From NCBI RefSeq assembly GCF_009914755.1, contig NC_060925.1: 64,000 nucleotides of DNA; one strand, given 5' to 3'. A model generated the notes under the pieces. The model searched no databases, had not been told where the DNA came from, and saw nothing but the letters and a program-made list of their open reading frames with translations. Shown here one piece after another: positions 41,258-54,029 of this stretch; positions within the stretch are counted from its first letter, which is position 1; every line of letters starts with the position of its first letter. The position numbers and the translations under genes were made by a program. This DNA is from the human T2T-CHM13v2.0 reference genome, Homo sapiens.

Positions 41258-41950
41258 TCAACTTCCCTTCTGTTTTCCTAGTGAACTCTCCCTATCTTGG
41301 CAACTGTACTCAAAAGTTCCAACCTCTGTAAAGTCATCCTTAGTGCCCCTCACATACATACATGTGCGCAAACACAGATACACCAAGTTTGCTATTTTCT
41401 TCTATTATACCACCTGCCACACTGGCAGGGTTGGGTCTCCATGGTATGCTCTCAAATCATGTCTGTTGAATGGATAAAATATATCGATATTTTCCACAAA
41501 ATATAGTTACTAAATAGACCTCTGGTGATAGAAACAAGTCAATACTACTTCTGTTTCCTCTAAATGTAACACACACATATATTCTGGGAAACATTTTATT
41601 AATTGTGGCCTTGCTATAAATATCTGTTGATGTGTTTGAAAATGATGAAGGAACTCTGGGTCCCTATATAACAAATGAAATAGAAGCCATCAGGAGGACA
41701 GAGGTCTCGAAGGTATTCCGTGGACTTTCTCAAGTAGGAAAGTACCAGCACTAGCAGGAAGACTCTGACGGGTTGAAAACTAAATCATGATGGCAGGGGA
41801 AGCAAAGCAGATTCTTTGAGGCAGAAAGAGAAAGAGAAAAAAATATCCTCACAGAACTAGTAAATTTGGTATTCACATGGCTGGCTTTTTGTTGTCATTA
41901 GTCTAAGTCACTTATTATTTAAACTACAGAGATGAGAACTCCTTGAATTT

Positions 41951-42483
41951 TTATTATTATTATTATTATTATACTTTAAGTTCTAGGGTACACGTGCACA
42001 ACATGCAGGTTTGTTACATATGTATATATGTGCCATGTTGGTGTGCTGCACCCATTAACTCGTCATTTACATTAGGTACATCTCCTAATGCTATCCCTCC
42101 CCCGTCCCACCACCCCACGACAGGCCCCGGTTTGTGATGTTCCCCTTCCTGTGTCCAAGTGTTCTCATTGTTCAATTCCCACCTATGAGTGAGAACATGC
42201 GGTGTTTGGTTTTTTGTCCTTGCAATAGTTTGCTGAGAATGATGGTTTCCAGCTTCATCCATGTCCCTACAAAGGACATGAACTCATCCTTTTTTATGGC
42301 TGAATAGTATTCCATGGTGTATATGTGCCACATTTTCTTAATCCAGTCTATCATTGATGGACATTTGGGTTGGTTCCAAGTCTTTGCTATTGTGAATAGT
42401 GCCGCAATAAACATACGTGTGCATGTGTCTTTATAGCAGCACGATTTATAATTCTTTGGGTATATATCCAGTAACGGGATGGC
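41951..42483 (-). mobile_element. 5'-truncated young L1PA (L1PA3/PA4-like) with a perfect 17-bp TSD
   Basis: ORF2 C-terminus MFIAALFTIAKTWNQPKCPS...HRMFSLIGGN, the L1 3'UTR and an (ATA)n tail. TSD GAGAACTCCTTGAATTT at 41934-41950 and 42484-42500. Confidence 0.95.
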
Positions 42484-42864
42484 GAGAACTCCTTGAATTT
42501 GTTAATACTCCAGTTGATTGTCTAGGAAAGTATCTAAATCTCTGACCTCATAGAAAGGTAAATGGGAGACACAAGAGTTTTTCTATAAGGGAAAAAGATG
42601 CGAGATGTGACATATGAGCACAGAAAAGTGCTCTCTGCCTATCAAGGAATGTCAAATCAAAGGAGAAAACTATAACACAAATTTAGGCACAGCATATACA
42701 TCTCAGGGAGCTAAGACAGAAAATGAAGGAACTGCAATTCTTCTTGTCTTTCCACTCATGTCACTAAGAGGCACTTATTTACAGTGGAGAAGAGATATAA
42801 ATGCTCACTTCTAGCAAGTGTGATTTTCAGAGTGATGCCCACAACTGAAACAGAAAGATCCCTG

Positions 42865-43130
42865 GGCCGGAAGTGGTGGCTGATGCCTGTAATCCCAGCA
42901 CTTTGGGAGGCTGAGGTGGGCAGATCACTTGTGGTTAGGAGTTTGAGACCAGCCTGGCCAACATGGTGAAATGCCATCTTTTCTAAAAATACAAAAATTA
43001 GCCGGGCTTTATGGCGCATGCCTGTAATCCCAGCTACCTGGGAGGCTGAGGCACAAGAATCACTCGAACCCAAGAGGTGGAGGTTGCAGTGAGCCGAGAC
43101 TGCGCCACTGTACTAAGCAACAGAGTGAGA
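42865..43130 (+). mobile_element. Alu (AluS-like) whose tail has expanded into a compound STR
   Basis: GGCCGGAAGTGGTGGCTGATGCCTGTAATCCCAGC...CAACAGAGTGAGA. Confidence 0.92.
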
Positions 43131-43155
43131 AGAAAGACAGACAGAAAGAGAGAGG

Positions 43156-43240
<85 letters not shown>

Positions 43241-43313
43241 GAAGGAAGGAAGGAAGGAAGGAAGGAAGGAAGGAAGGGAGAAAGGAAGGAAGGAAGGGAG
43301 AAAGAAAGAAAGA
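43131..43313. repeat. Compound purine STR (GA/GAAA)n(GGAA)9
   Basis: Directly visible GAAA and GGAA runs. Confidence 0.95.
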
Positions 43314-43514
43314 ATCAACCCTGAATTTGGTTTCCATATATATTATGTATAGGCACTAACTTGCTGCCTCTGCTTCTTCATCTCTGAGTGGAGATGAGCT
43401 AGTAAGCTGACTGAGGTATAGTGCTATCACAAAAACCAAAAGGATGACTTTGATCTGTGATGATTCCTAAAGTGATAGACAAAAATAGCATATGTATAAA
43501 AGATGATCAGAATC

Positions 43515-43813
43515 GGCCGGGTGTGGTGGCTCACACCTGTAATCCCAGCACTTTGGGAGGCCGAGGCAGGTGGATCATGAGGTCAGGCGATCCAGACCAT
43601 TGTGGCTAACAAGGTGAAAGCCCATCTCTACTAAAAATACAAAAATTAGCCGGGCATGGCGGTAGGTGCCTGTAGTCCCAGCTACTCAGGAGGCTGAGGC
43701 AGAAGAATGGCGTGAACCCGGGAGGTGGAGCTTGCAGTGAACCGAGATTGTGCCCTGCACTCCAGCCTGGACGACAAAGCAATACTCCATCTCAAAAAAA
43801 AAAAAAAAAAAAA
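43515..43813 (+). mobile_element. AluY-like with TSD
   Basis: Diagnostic GGCTAAC, GAATGGCGTGAACCCGGG and GGAGCTTGCAG. TSD AAAGATGATCAGAATC / AAAGGTGATCAGAATC. Confidence 0.92.
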
Positions 43814-44146
43814 GGTGATCAGAATCTTGCAGAACACACCAAGAAGAGATCCTTCTTAACAACAAAGGAAGAAGTTTTAATTTGGGACCATTTCAGAGTG
43901 ACATTTTAATTATGAAGAAGGCATTACTGTCATTTCCACTAGCCAGAATTAAAATATTTTAAGTGGGTATATGCCCCCCTACTTTGCCTCCTAATAGCAA
44001 AACAACTCAAAACTGACAATCAGGAAGAAATTATTCTTATAACACCAAATATTTTCAGTGACTTACATCATCAATACCATCATCGTCATGATGGAGATAA
44101 TGGATCATCCTAACTACCCTCTACCCCACCAACACCTTTTGATGAG

Positions 44147-44496
44147 TGATATGGTTTGGTAGTGTCCCCACCCAAATCTCAACTTGAATTGTATCTCCCA
44201 GAATTCCCATGTGTTGTGGGAGGGACCCAGTGGGGTAACTGTATCATGGGGGCCAGTCTTTCCTGTGCTATTCTCATGATAGTGAATAAGTCTCATGAGA
44301 TCTGATGGGTTTCTCAGGGTTTCTGCTTTTGCTTCTTCCTAATTTTCTCTTGCCACCACCACGAAAGAAGTGCCTTTTGCCTCCCACCATAATTCGGAGG
44401 CCTCCCCAGCCATATGGAACTGTAAGTCCAATTAAACCTCTTTTCTTTCCGGTCTCGGGGATATCTTTATCAGCAGCGTGAAAATGGACTAATACA
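44147..44496 (+). mobile_element. THE1A LTR (ERVL-MaLR), full length, followed by ~24 bp of THE1 internal start (44497-44520)
   Basis: TGATATGGTTTGG...CTCAACTTGAATTGTATCTCCCAGAATTCCC...GGACTAATACA, with TG..CA ends, then GTAAATTGGTACCA. Matches the recalled THE1A consensus. Confidence 0.9.
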
Positions 44497-44516
44497 GTAA
44501 ATTGGTACCAAGAGTG

Positions 44517-44763
44517 GGGTTTTTGCCAGAGTGCCAACTATCCCGAGGGAAACTTTGGAGGGAACCAGCTACTAGATGGTTCAATTAGTCTTTCGCCCCT
44601 ACACCCAGGTTGGATGACCGATTTGCACATCAGGACTGCTACGGACCTCCACCAGAGTTTCCTCTGGCTTTGCCCTGCCCAGGCAGAGTTCACCACCTTT
44701 CAGGTCCTAACATTTGTGCTCATGCCCCAACTTCCCAGTGCAGAAAACAAGATGGGCCGGTGG
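44517..44763 (-). pseudogene. Decayed 28S (LSU) rRNA fragment, ~245 nt
   Basis: The plus strand is the reverse complement of conserved 28S sequence (GAGGGAAACTTtGGAGGGAACCAGCTACTAGATGGTTCaATTAGTCTTTCGCCCCTA...GACCTCCACCAGAGTTTCCTCTGGCTT...AGTTCACCA), with many CpG>TpG/CpA changes. Confidence 0.93.
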
Positions 44764-46226
44764 AAAGCTGACCTGGCTACTGCCACTACAGAGTGCCCAA
44801 TTTGCCAGCAGCAGAAACCAACACTGCGCCTTTGATATGGCACTATTCCTCAGGGTGATCAGCCAGCTACTTGGTGGCAGGTTGATTATGTTGGACTTCT
44901 TCCATTGTGAAAAGGGCAGATGTTTGTCCTTACTGGAATAGACACTTACTCTGGATATGGGTTTGCCTATCCTGCATGCAATGGTTCTGCCAAGACTACC
45001 ATCCGCGGACTCATGGAATGCCTTATCCACTGTCATGGTATTCCACACAGCATTGCCTCTAACCAAGGCATTCACTTTATGGCTAAAGAAGTGCAGCAGT
45101 GGGCTCATGCTCATGGAATTCACTGGTCTTACCATGTTCCCCAACATCCTGAAGCAGAACGGTGGAATGGCCTTTTGCAGTCACAATTACAATGCCAACT
45201 AGGTGAGAATACTTTGCAGGGTTGGGGCAAAGTTCTCAAGAAGGCTGTGTATGCTCTGAATCAGCGTCCAATATGTGGTACTGCTTCTCCCATAGCCAGG
45301 ATTCACAGGTCCAGGAATCAAGGGGTGGAAATGGAAGTGGTACCACTCACCATCACCCCTAGTGATCCACTAGCAAAATGTTTGCTTCCTGTTCCCGCAA
45401 CATTAAGTTCTGCTGGCCTAGAGGTCTTAGTTCCAGAGGGAGGAATGCTGCCACCAGAAGACACAACAACAATTCCATTAAACTGGTAGTTAAGATTGCC
45501 ACCAGGACACTTTGGGTTCCTACCTTTAAGTAAACAGGGTAAGAAAGGCGTTACAGTGTTGGCTGGGACATCAAGGCTATCAAGACCCAGGCTATCAAGA
45601 TGAAATCAGTCTACTACTCCAGAACGGAGGTAAGAAAGAGTATTCATGGAATACAGGAGATCCATTAGGGCGTCTCTTAGTATTACCATGCCCTGTGATT
45701 AAGGTCAATGGGCAACTACAACAGCCCAATCCAGGCGGAACTACAAATGGTCCCACCTGGATGAATGAAGGTTTGGGCCTCTCCATCAGGAAAAAAAAAA
45801 ACACAACCTGCTGAGGTGTTTGCTGAAGGCAAAAGGAATACAAAATGGGTAGAAGAAGGTAGTCATCAATACCAGCTACTACCATGTGACCAGCTGCAGA
45901 AATGAGGACTGTAATTGTCCTCAGTATTTCCTCCTTCTTTTATTAAAAACATGTCTGTGCTTGCACACACTTGTACTAAGAAAATATCTTCATTTTATTT
46001 CCTTTCTCCTTTATCATGTGACATAAGATTTATTGACTTCACATCAGCATTTAAGTATCGTTAACTTTATGTAAGAGTGTTTCAGCTGGGGACTGGTGTG
46101 TTTCCGGATGTATGAAGAATAGTTGTACTACATCAGGTGTAATTATGACCTAATTATTGTCTTTATTTGAAGATTATGTGTGATCTCAGGAGATGTGTAT
46201 GGGTTCAAGTTGACAAGGGGTAGATT
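44764..46226 (+). mobile_element. HERV-L internal 3' portion: defective integrase + dUTPase-like region + 3' untranslated region/PPT
   Basis: ECPICQQQKP (CC half of the HHCC finger), WWQVDY, LTGIDTYSGYGFAYP, IASNQG, HPEAERWNG (ORF 44920-45489), then dUTPase-like SAGLEVLVPEGG..IPLNW*LRLPPGHFG. Contains in-frame stops. Purine tract GACAAGGGG precedes the LTR. Confidence 0.92.
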
Positions 46227-46735
46227 TGTGGTGGTTAAAACTGAGTGTGTCAACTTGATTGAATTGAAGGATACAAAGTATTGATCTTGGGTGTGTCTGT
46301 GAAGGTGTTGCCAAAGGAGATTAACATTTGAGTCAGTGGGCTGGGGAAGGCAGACCCACCCTTAATCTGGATGGACACCATTTGATCATCTGTCAGTAAA
46401 TATAAAGCAGGCAGAAAAACATGAAAAAGCGAGACTGGCCTAGCCTCCCAGCCTACATCTTTTTCCCGTGCTGGATGTTTCCTGCCCTCAAATATCGAAC
46501 CCCAAGTTCTTTGGTTTTGGAACTCAGACTGGCTCTCCTTGCTCCTCAGCCTGCAGACAGCCTATTGTGGGACCTTGTGATCATGTGAATTAATACTTAA
46601 CAAACTCTCCTTTATATATATATAAAGATTGCCAATATATATATATTAAGATTGCCACCAAGACACTTTGGGTTGGAATATATATACATACATATATATT
46701 CCATTAGTTCCATCCCTCTAGAGAACCCTAATACA
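46227..46735 (+). mobile_element. MLT2A (probably MLT2A1) LTR of HERV-L with internal (TA)n
   Basis: TGTGGTGGTTAAAACTGAG...GAAGGATACAAAGTATTGATC...GGAAGGCAGACCCACCCTTAATCTGG...CCCTCTAGAGAACCCTAATACA. About 450 bp once the TA tract and inserts are removed. Confidence 0.88.
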
Positions 46736-47029
46736 ATGAAAAATTAATATAACAGTATTCTACACTAACTGATCCAGTATAGTTTTCTGAGTACATTTTT
46801 CACTTTTTTGCTTATTGCATTTATAGAACTCTTGGTTTAGTGCTTAAAGCAGGAGAAAAAATGAAGAATGTTCCTCCTTTTCTCATCTAATTTAATAAAC
46901 ACTTTTGAATAAAGCTCAGACCCACCTAGAAAAACCCACAATCTATTCAGGTGAGATATGTGTAAAAAAAAATTACAATAAAATGTGATACATAAAACTA
47001 ATAAAACTTAGAGACCATTTGCCTAAAGG

Positions 47030-48348
<1,319 letters not shown>

Positions 48349-48589
48349 CTGACATATATACTTTAAGCAGTCAAAGTATTTGGTACTTTTTCTTTCTCTT
48401 TCTCTGCCCCCTGAAACTCTTAAAAGGAAGTTAGGGATAGTTGTCTGGAACATCCCAGTTCCTTATCATAATGTTAAATGTGCACCAGAGCTGGGGGACA
48501 TTTAAGAGCCAGACACCATGATCTAAAAGATGCTAAATAAAGGTATCTGCTGAAGGTAGGAAACCACTGGCTTTGGTCTCATTAGTTAC

Positions 48590-48849
48590 CTGTAAACCCG
48601 ACTTGACAGGTGCACTCATAGGTATCCCGGCTGAGCATATGGCATGTGCCGCCATTCAGGCAGGGTCGAGACACAAAGCATGGATGAGATGTTGAGTACT
48701 GGCAGTCCTCTCCTGTAAACCCTGAGGCACATCGGCACGTGGCTTTCCCCAGCATGGCCTGGGCCACACAAGTCCCACCATTCTGGCAGCGGTTCTTCTC
48801 ACAGGGGTCTCGATGTTGACAATATTCCCCCAAGAAGCCTTCTGGACAT
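48590..48849 (-). CDS. NOTCH2: NOTCH2 exon 3 (260 nt; end of EGF1, EGF2, EGF3)
   Basis: Translates [21 protein letters not shown]...CQVGFT. Acceptor ACAG|A (AG at 48851-48850), donor CAG|GTAAC. Matches recalled human NOTCH2 protein. Confidence 0.98.
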
Positions 48850-50669
48850 CTGTATGGAAAAGAGAAGAGTCCATGAAAACACCTGACTTCTTGTAAGTCC
48901 AAAAAATTACAGTAAAACAATACAGTCCAATCAAGAAAGCACGAGATTGTGAATCAACAGACCTACAAGGACCACCTATAAAACTGCTTCCCTTTAGAAG
49001 AAAGAGTCCTTAGAGAACTTAACCACATACTCCCATGTCCTTTTGAGTCCTGGCAGGTGACAGAGTATCAGGTGTATGGTCTAGCAGGGTCTGCCATGGC
49101 CAGTCAACATGACCCTTATTCAAACGCAAAATGCACCCCAGCTTTTTTTCATGTGTGTACAGGTTGGGATGGTGTAACAGCACCTTTTTTAGAGCACTGT
49201 TCGTACTTGTCTGCTTAAATTCATTAACTTTCTCATTTTGACTAAGCCATTTGATAGGATTAAGATGTCCACAATATAATGCATGAACTTGACCCTATTA
49301 TCCCCTCCAATTTAAAATATGTAAGATATCATGTGCTTTTCCTCAATTAAGCATTGAGAAATAGTAAGCGCTTCTTTCTCTTATTTCCACTGAAACATCA
49401 ATTGGCTGATACCTAGTTTTCTGGGTTATGTTCAGGTGGCTGACATTACAACGGAAAAAGGGAAAGGAGGTACAGGAATGGGGAAGAGTTCAAAGGGATA
49501 TTTAAAAATCTGTTAATATTTAAGTAGTAGGCATTTTTAACCAAATAAAAAGGCACAAAATATAATTAAAATAACATAAAATATCTAAGATACCATATAA
49601 ACACCAAAGTGAAGGAAGGAATCAATTGAAGAATAACATTCTATGATATTTTCCACATTGAGGCACTGAGGAACCTTTTTACATGCCACCCCTTGATTCA
49701 TAAGATGTACAACCATTTCAAACTGTGTGTATTATTTATGACAATTTTCTCTGAACAATATCAAAAAGGCATGGTAAGTCTCCATTTTCATAATGAAGTT
49801 GTTTAAATGGAATCTCTGAGAAGCATTTAAATTAAGAAACACAAACACTTTGATTCTAACTATAAATGCTGCTATATATTTGGCTGGTGCCCCAAATATG
49901 TGATTCAACTTATTCCTCGTTTTAGTTTTCAGGGACTAGAAAACTGAATCTAGTAGGCTGTTCCACCATTACCTCAAAGATTACACATTTAAACCAAACT
50001 CTAAATCCCCCTCTCAAAAACCAGCTCTTCTGTGCCCAAGCCTTGTTGTCCTGATTTTCCTAATCATTGTGACCTGAAACACTGGGGTCATGAGTGCTTT
50101 TGTCTTTGACAGTCATATCCAAGACCTTTCATTAACCATTGGTTGGCAAGGCTAGCTAGCAGGGGTCACAGTTACTGAGAAAAGAAGGAAGGCCAGATAC
50201 GAGGGAACTAAGACAGAAAATGCCCAGAAGAATTGTGCGGTAGCTAAAATGGCTAAAGGAGAAAACAGGGTGGTGAATAGCTATAGTGGTAGTGAGGTAA
50301 CTGGCCACAGCCTCTTCACCCCTCCCAGAGCTGCATAAGATAAGCATGGCGGAGCAAGGAGCGGCTAAGGCTCTGGGCATCTTCATGAGTAGGTGTAGCT
50401 ACAGACCAACAGGCAGTGAAGAAAGTTCATAGCACTGAAACCAAAGATGGCATGCAGGTGACTGTGAGGAGTCTGTATCAAGAAGGTCAGAAGGTCTGGT
50501 TTGGAGTTCTGGTGCTGTGACCTTGGACAAGTTACTTATCTTCACTGACTATCCATTTTCTCACATTGTAAATAGTTAATAAGGTCACCTACATCATGAG
50601 ATTATTCTAAGAACTGAACAAAATCAAGTATGTAAAAAACCTTATAAATGTTAAAAAGTTTTGCAAGTG

Positions 50670-51003
<334 letters not shown>

Positions 51004-51581
51004 TTATTGAGGAAAATACAATGCCCCATCCAAATCACAGCTTGATTTGAGAATAGTTTCTTGTGTTGGTTTTTTGAAGTGGAGGAGCAAAAAGTGCCAA
51101 TGTAGCATAGCTAAAATTAACTCTGAGATATATTATTAAAAGCATTTGCAGCTTATTCAAGAAATGTGTTATGAATGTTAAAAACTGCAACACAATTCTC
51201 ACTCACAGTGCAGCCCTCTGGGCATTATTAGATGACTCTTCATTCTCCCATATGGGAATTATGCACCTTCTAAATAATGGCAAATTTTTAAACGTGGGTG
51301 GGCTTTGCTCAGCTTTGCTCCTGAACTATTACACCACCCTAACACTATCATGTGGCATATGCTAAGAGAATGCAAAGTCATTTAAATGGTAGCATCATAA
51401 ACATATAATGGAAATATAAGGTTCCCAGGAAAACAAAAATGAAGCAAAATGGAAGTTTCTAAAGCTAAACAGATGTATTTCTGAATTATTTGTTTCTACA
51501 GTTTAATTCACATTGTTGCTCCCTATCAAGTATGGAAAAATAAGTTTTAACCTAAGATATATTTAAGAAATCAGTAAAACC

Positions 51582-51904
51582 AGAGATTGACAAAGTACAG
51601 TTTGCAAGTCTAATTTGGACCACTGCCTGTTTTTGTTTGGCCTGTGAATAGTTTTTTACATTTTTAAATGATTAGAAAAAAAGAACAAAAGAAGGATATT
51701 TTCTGACATTTCAAAATTATATACAATTCAAATTTCAGTGTCCATAAATAGTCTTACTGGAACACAGCCATGCTCATTCATTTATAGATTGTCTATGGCT
51801 GATTTTCCACTACAACAACAGAGTCAAGTAGCTGTAATGAGACCACAAAGCCTGCAAAAATAATTACTCTCTGGCACTTTACAGAAAAAGTTTGCCAACT
51901 TCTG
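51582..51904. mobile_element. MER58B-like hAT-Charlie DNA transposon
   Basis: CAGAGATTGACAAA...ACTGGAACACAGCCATGCTCATTCATTTA...CTTTACAGAAAAAGTTTGCCAACTTCTG; degenerate TIRs. Confidence 0.75.
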
Positions 51905-54029
51905 AGTAGAGAACATATGAAGGCTAATTCTATAAATACCATCCAATATGCTTATTAATAATGATCGGTTTCTGATAGGAAATCAACCTTATTAGTTTCC
52001 ACAAAGAATATTAAACTTATAATCATTCATTCACACAACAATTAGTAAATGCCTATTATGTGCCAGGCATTTTTCCAGTGCTAGAAAAATTCTTACACTC
52101 TTGGAGTTTACATTCTAATAGCTGAAGACGAAAACAAAATTACTAAGTAAAAGATGCACAATAGATGGAGTTAAGTGCTGTGAAAAAAAATTAAACAGGA
52201 AGGAATGGAGCTGGGGATGAGGGTGTGGGGTGAGCAAAGAGAAGTATCTCAGTTTAGAATAGGAAAATCAGAGAAGACCTTCACTGACAATACTTGAGTT
52301 GAGACCTAAATAAGGTGAGAGTAATCATGCAGGTATCTTAGGGAAACACATTCATGAGAAAGGGAACAGCAAATGCAAAGGCCATAACACAGAGAGCAGC
52401 CCTAGCGTGTCTGAGAAACAGCAAGAATATCTGGAGCAGCAGAAAATAGATGAGAGCTGTAACTGGGATGTGGATCAATTGGGGCCTTTAAGCCACTGTA
52501 AAGAAAGACTTAGGGTTTTCCTCTAAATGGGATAATACTTACATATGAGGTACAACAGACTTACTCTCCTAAAGCCCATGTACAGAACCATATATTTGCT
52601 TTATGTGAAACTAGACCTACTGTATTAATAAAGTTTGATTTCTATTTAAAATGTTTTAGAGGGCTGGACATCAGCTTAGTTCTTTACTTTTACCTTAGAA
52701 GATATACAAGTCTCTTTTAACCCACACTTTCATGAGGTCCCATTTCCCTTTCCAAATTATTGTTTCACAGCTAACCTTCTATGACTGTAGCCTAATTTCA
52801 GATATTTCTCTTTCTTTTCCATCTACTTCTTACTTATCCCTCCGCAACAAAACTTTAATTCTAATTATTGCTTAGAAACTGTTTTCTAAAAACAATGACT
52901 TTCCTCTAGTCAAGTTCAGTGGTCTCATCTGAAACTTCATAAGGAAATTCTCTCTCCTATAGGGAGAATTGCTAACCACTCCACGCACCGTTTTAATCAT
53001 TTTACCTTGGCTTCTATGACTCCCTCTGTCTAACTCAAAACCCAGTGAAGTCTTAGTCTGGATTGCTGATTTCTCCTTCTTCCCCATCTATTATGGCCAC
53101 CCTAATGTTTAAGTCTGGACTGCACTGCTCTTTCTCTCAAATGCATTTGTTACTGTTGTTGTTCACTTGGTTTTAAACAACTTCCTTCCTGTAACTGACT
53201 CCAAAATACACTGTTCCAGTCCCATATGTTCAGTTTTCTAGAAGTCATCTCTCTATCCTAATATGTGCTGCCACTATTTGAAACTAAACATTTGTAAGAG
53301 GAGATCATCTTCCCAAGAAACTTTAATTATTCAATTTTTCTAAGGCTTCCACACACAATTTAAAGTAACTTCATCTCTTTAAGTTGTATATAATTTATTA
53401 CCACATTCTGACAAGACTTGTTAACTGAATTCCTATAATACTTATCATTCGTGTTCACAGTTTCCTTTTTGATACAAATTCTGATCATCTTAAAAGCCTC
53501 AGGCCAGACATCATCTTGTTGCTGGCTTTTCCTCCATTTCCAGCCATCCTTGGAATAACAGAACCTTCAGATTCAAGAAATTTAATTTCTATCCAATTAA
53601 GTAATCATTTCTAAAATATTTCTAAAAGATGATCACCAGCCTCTGCTTGAATACAAGCATGTAGCATGGTGCCGGATAAATCTTAAGAATTTAATAAATG
53701 CTTGGAGTTATTATTGTTCTGCTCTTAAGAGTACAGACTCTGGAACCAGACCACCTGGATTTCAATCCCAACTCCACCATTTACTCAATGTGTAATCTTG
53801 GGCAAGGTACTAAACTTCCCTGTTGTAAAAGAGATGTAATAACAGTGCCTACTTCATAGGATTTTTAAATAAGGGTAAAGCACTTAGAACACTATCCAGC
53901 ACATAGTAAACACTATGCATTTGTTAAGTGAAATTACTGGCTGACTACTTCAACAAAAGAACAGTCTTCAATGTGGGTGGATCCCACTGTGAGAAAGCTC
54001 TTTCTTTCTTAATTCTTCAAATTCTGCCT

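Noticed and set aside
44614-44835. 73-aa ORF fusing antisense-28S sequence to the integrase zinc-finger CxxC
   Set aside because: It is short, ends in a CpG-decay-type stop, and has no evidence of expression; best explained as a chance in-frame junction.
44920-45489. 189-aa integrase ORF as a domesticated or functional gene
   Set aside because: It lacks the HHCC finger and the first catalytic Asp (both upstream, behind stop codons). The second Asp appears as Asn (SNQG), about 4 residues are missing before ERWNG relative to the recalled consensus, and the dUTPase is interrupted by a stop. It is a decayed remnant.
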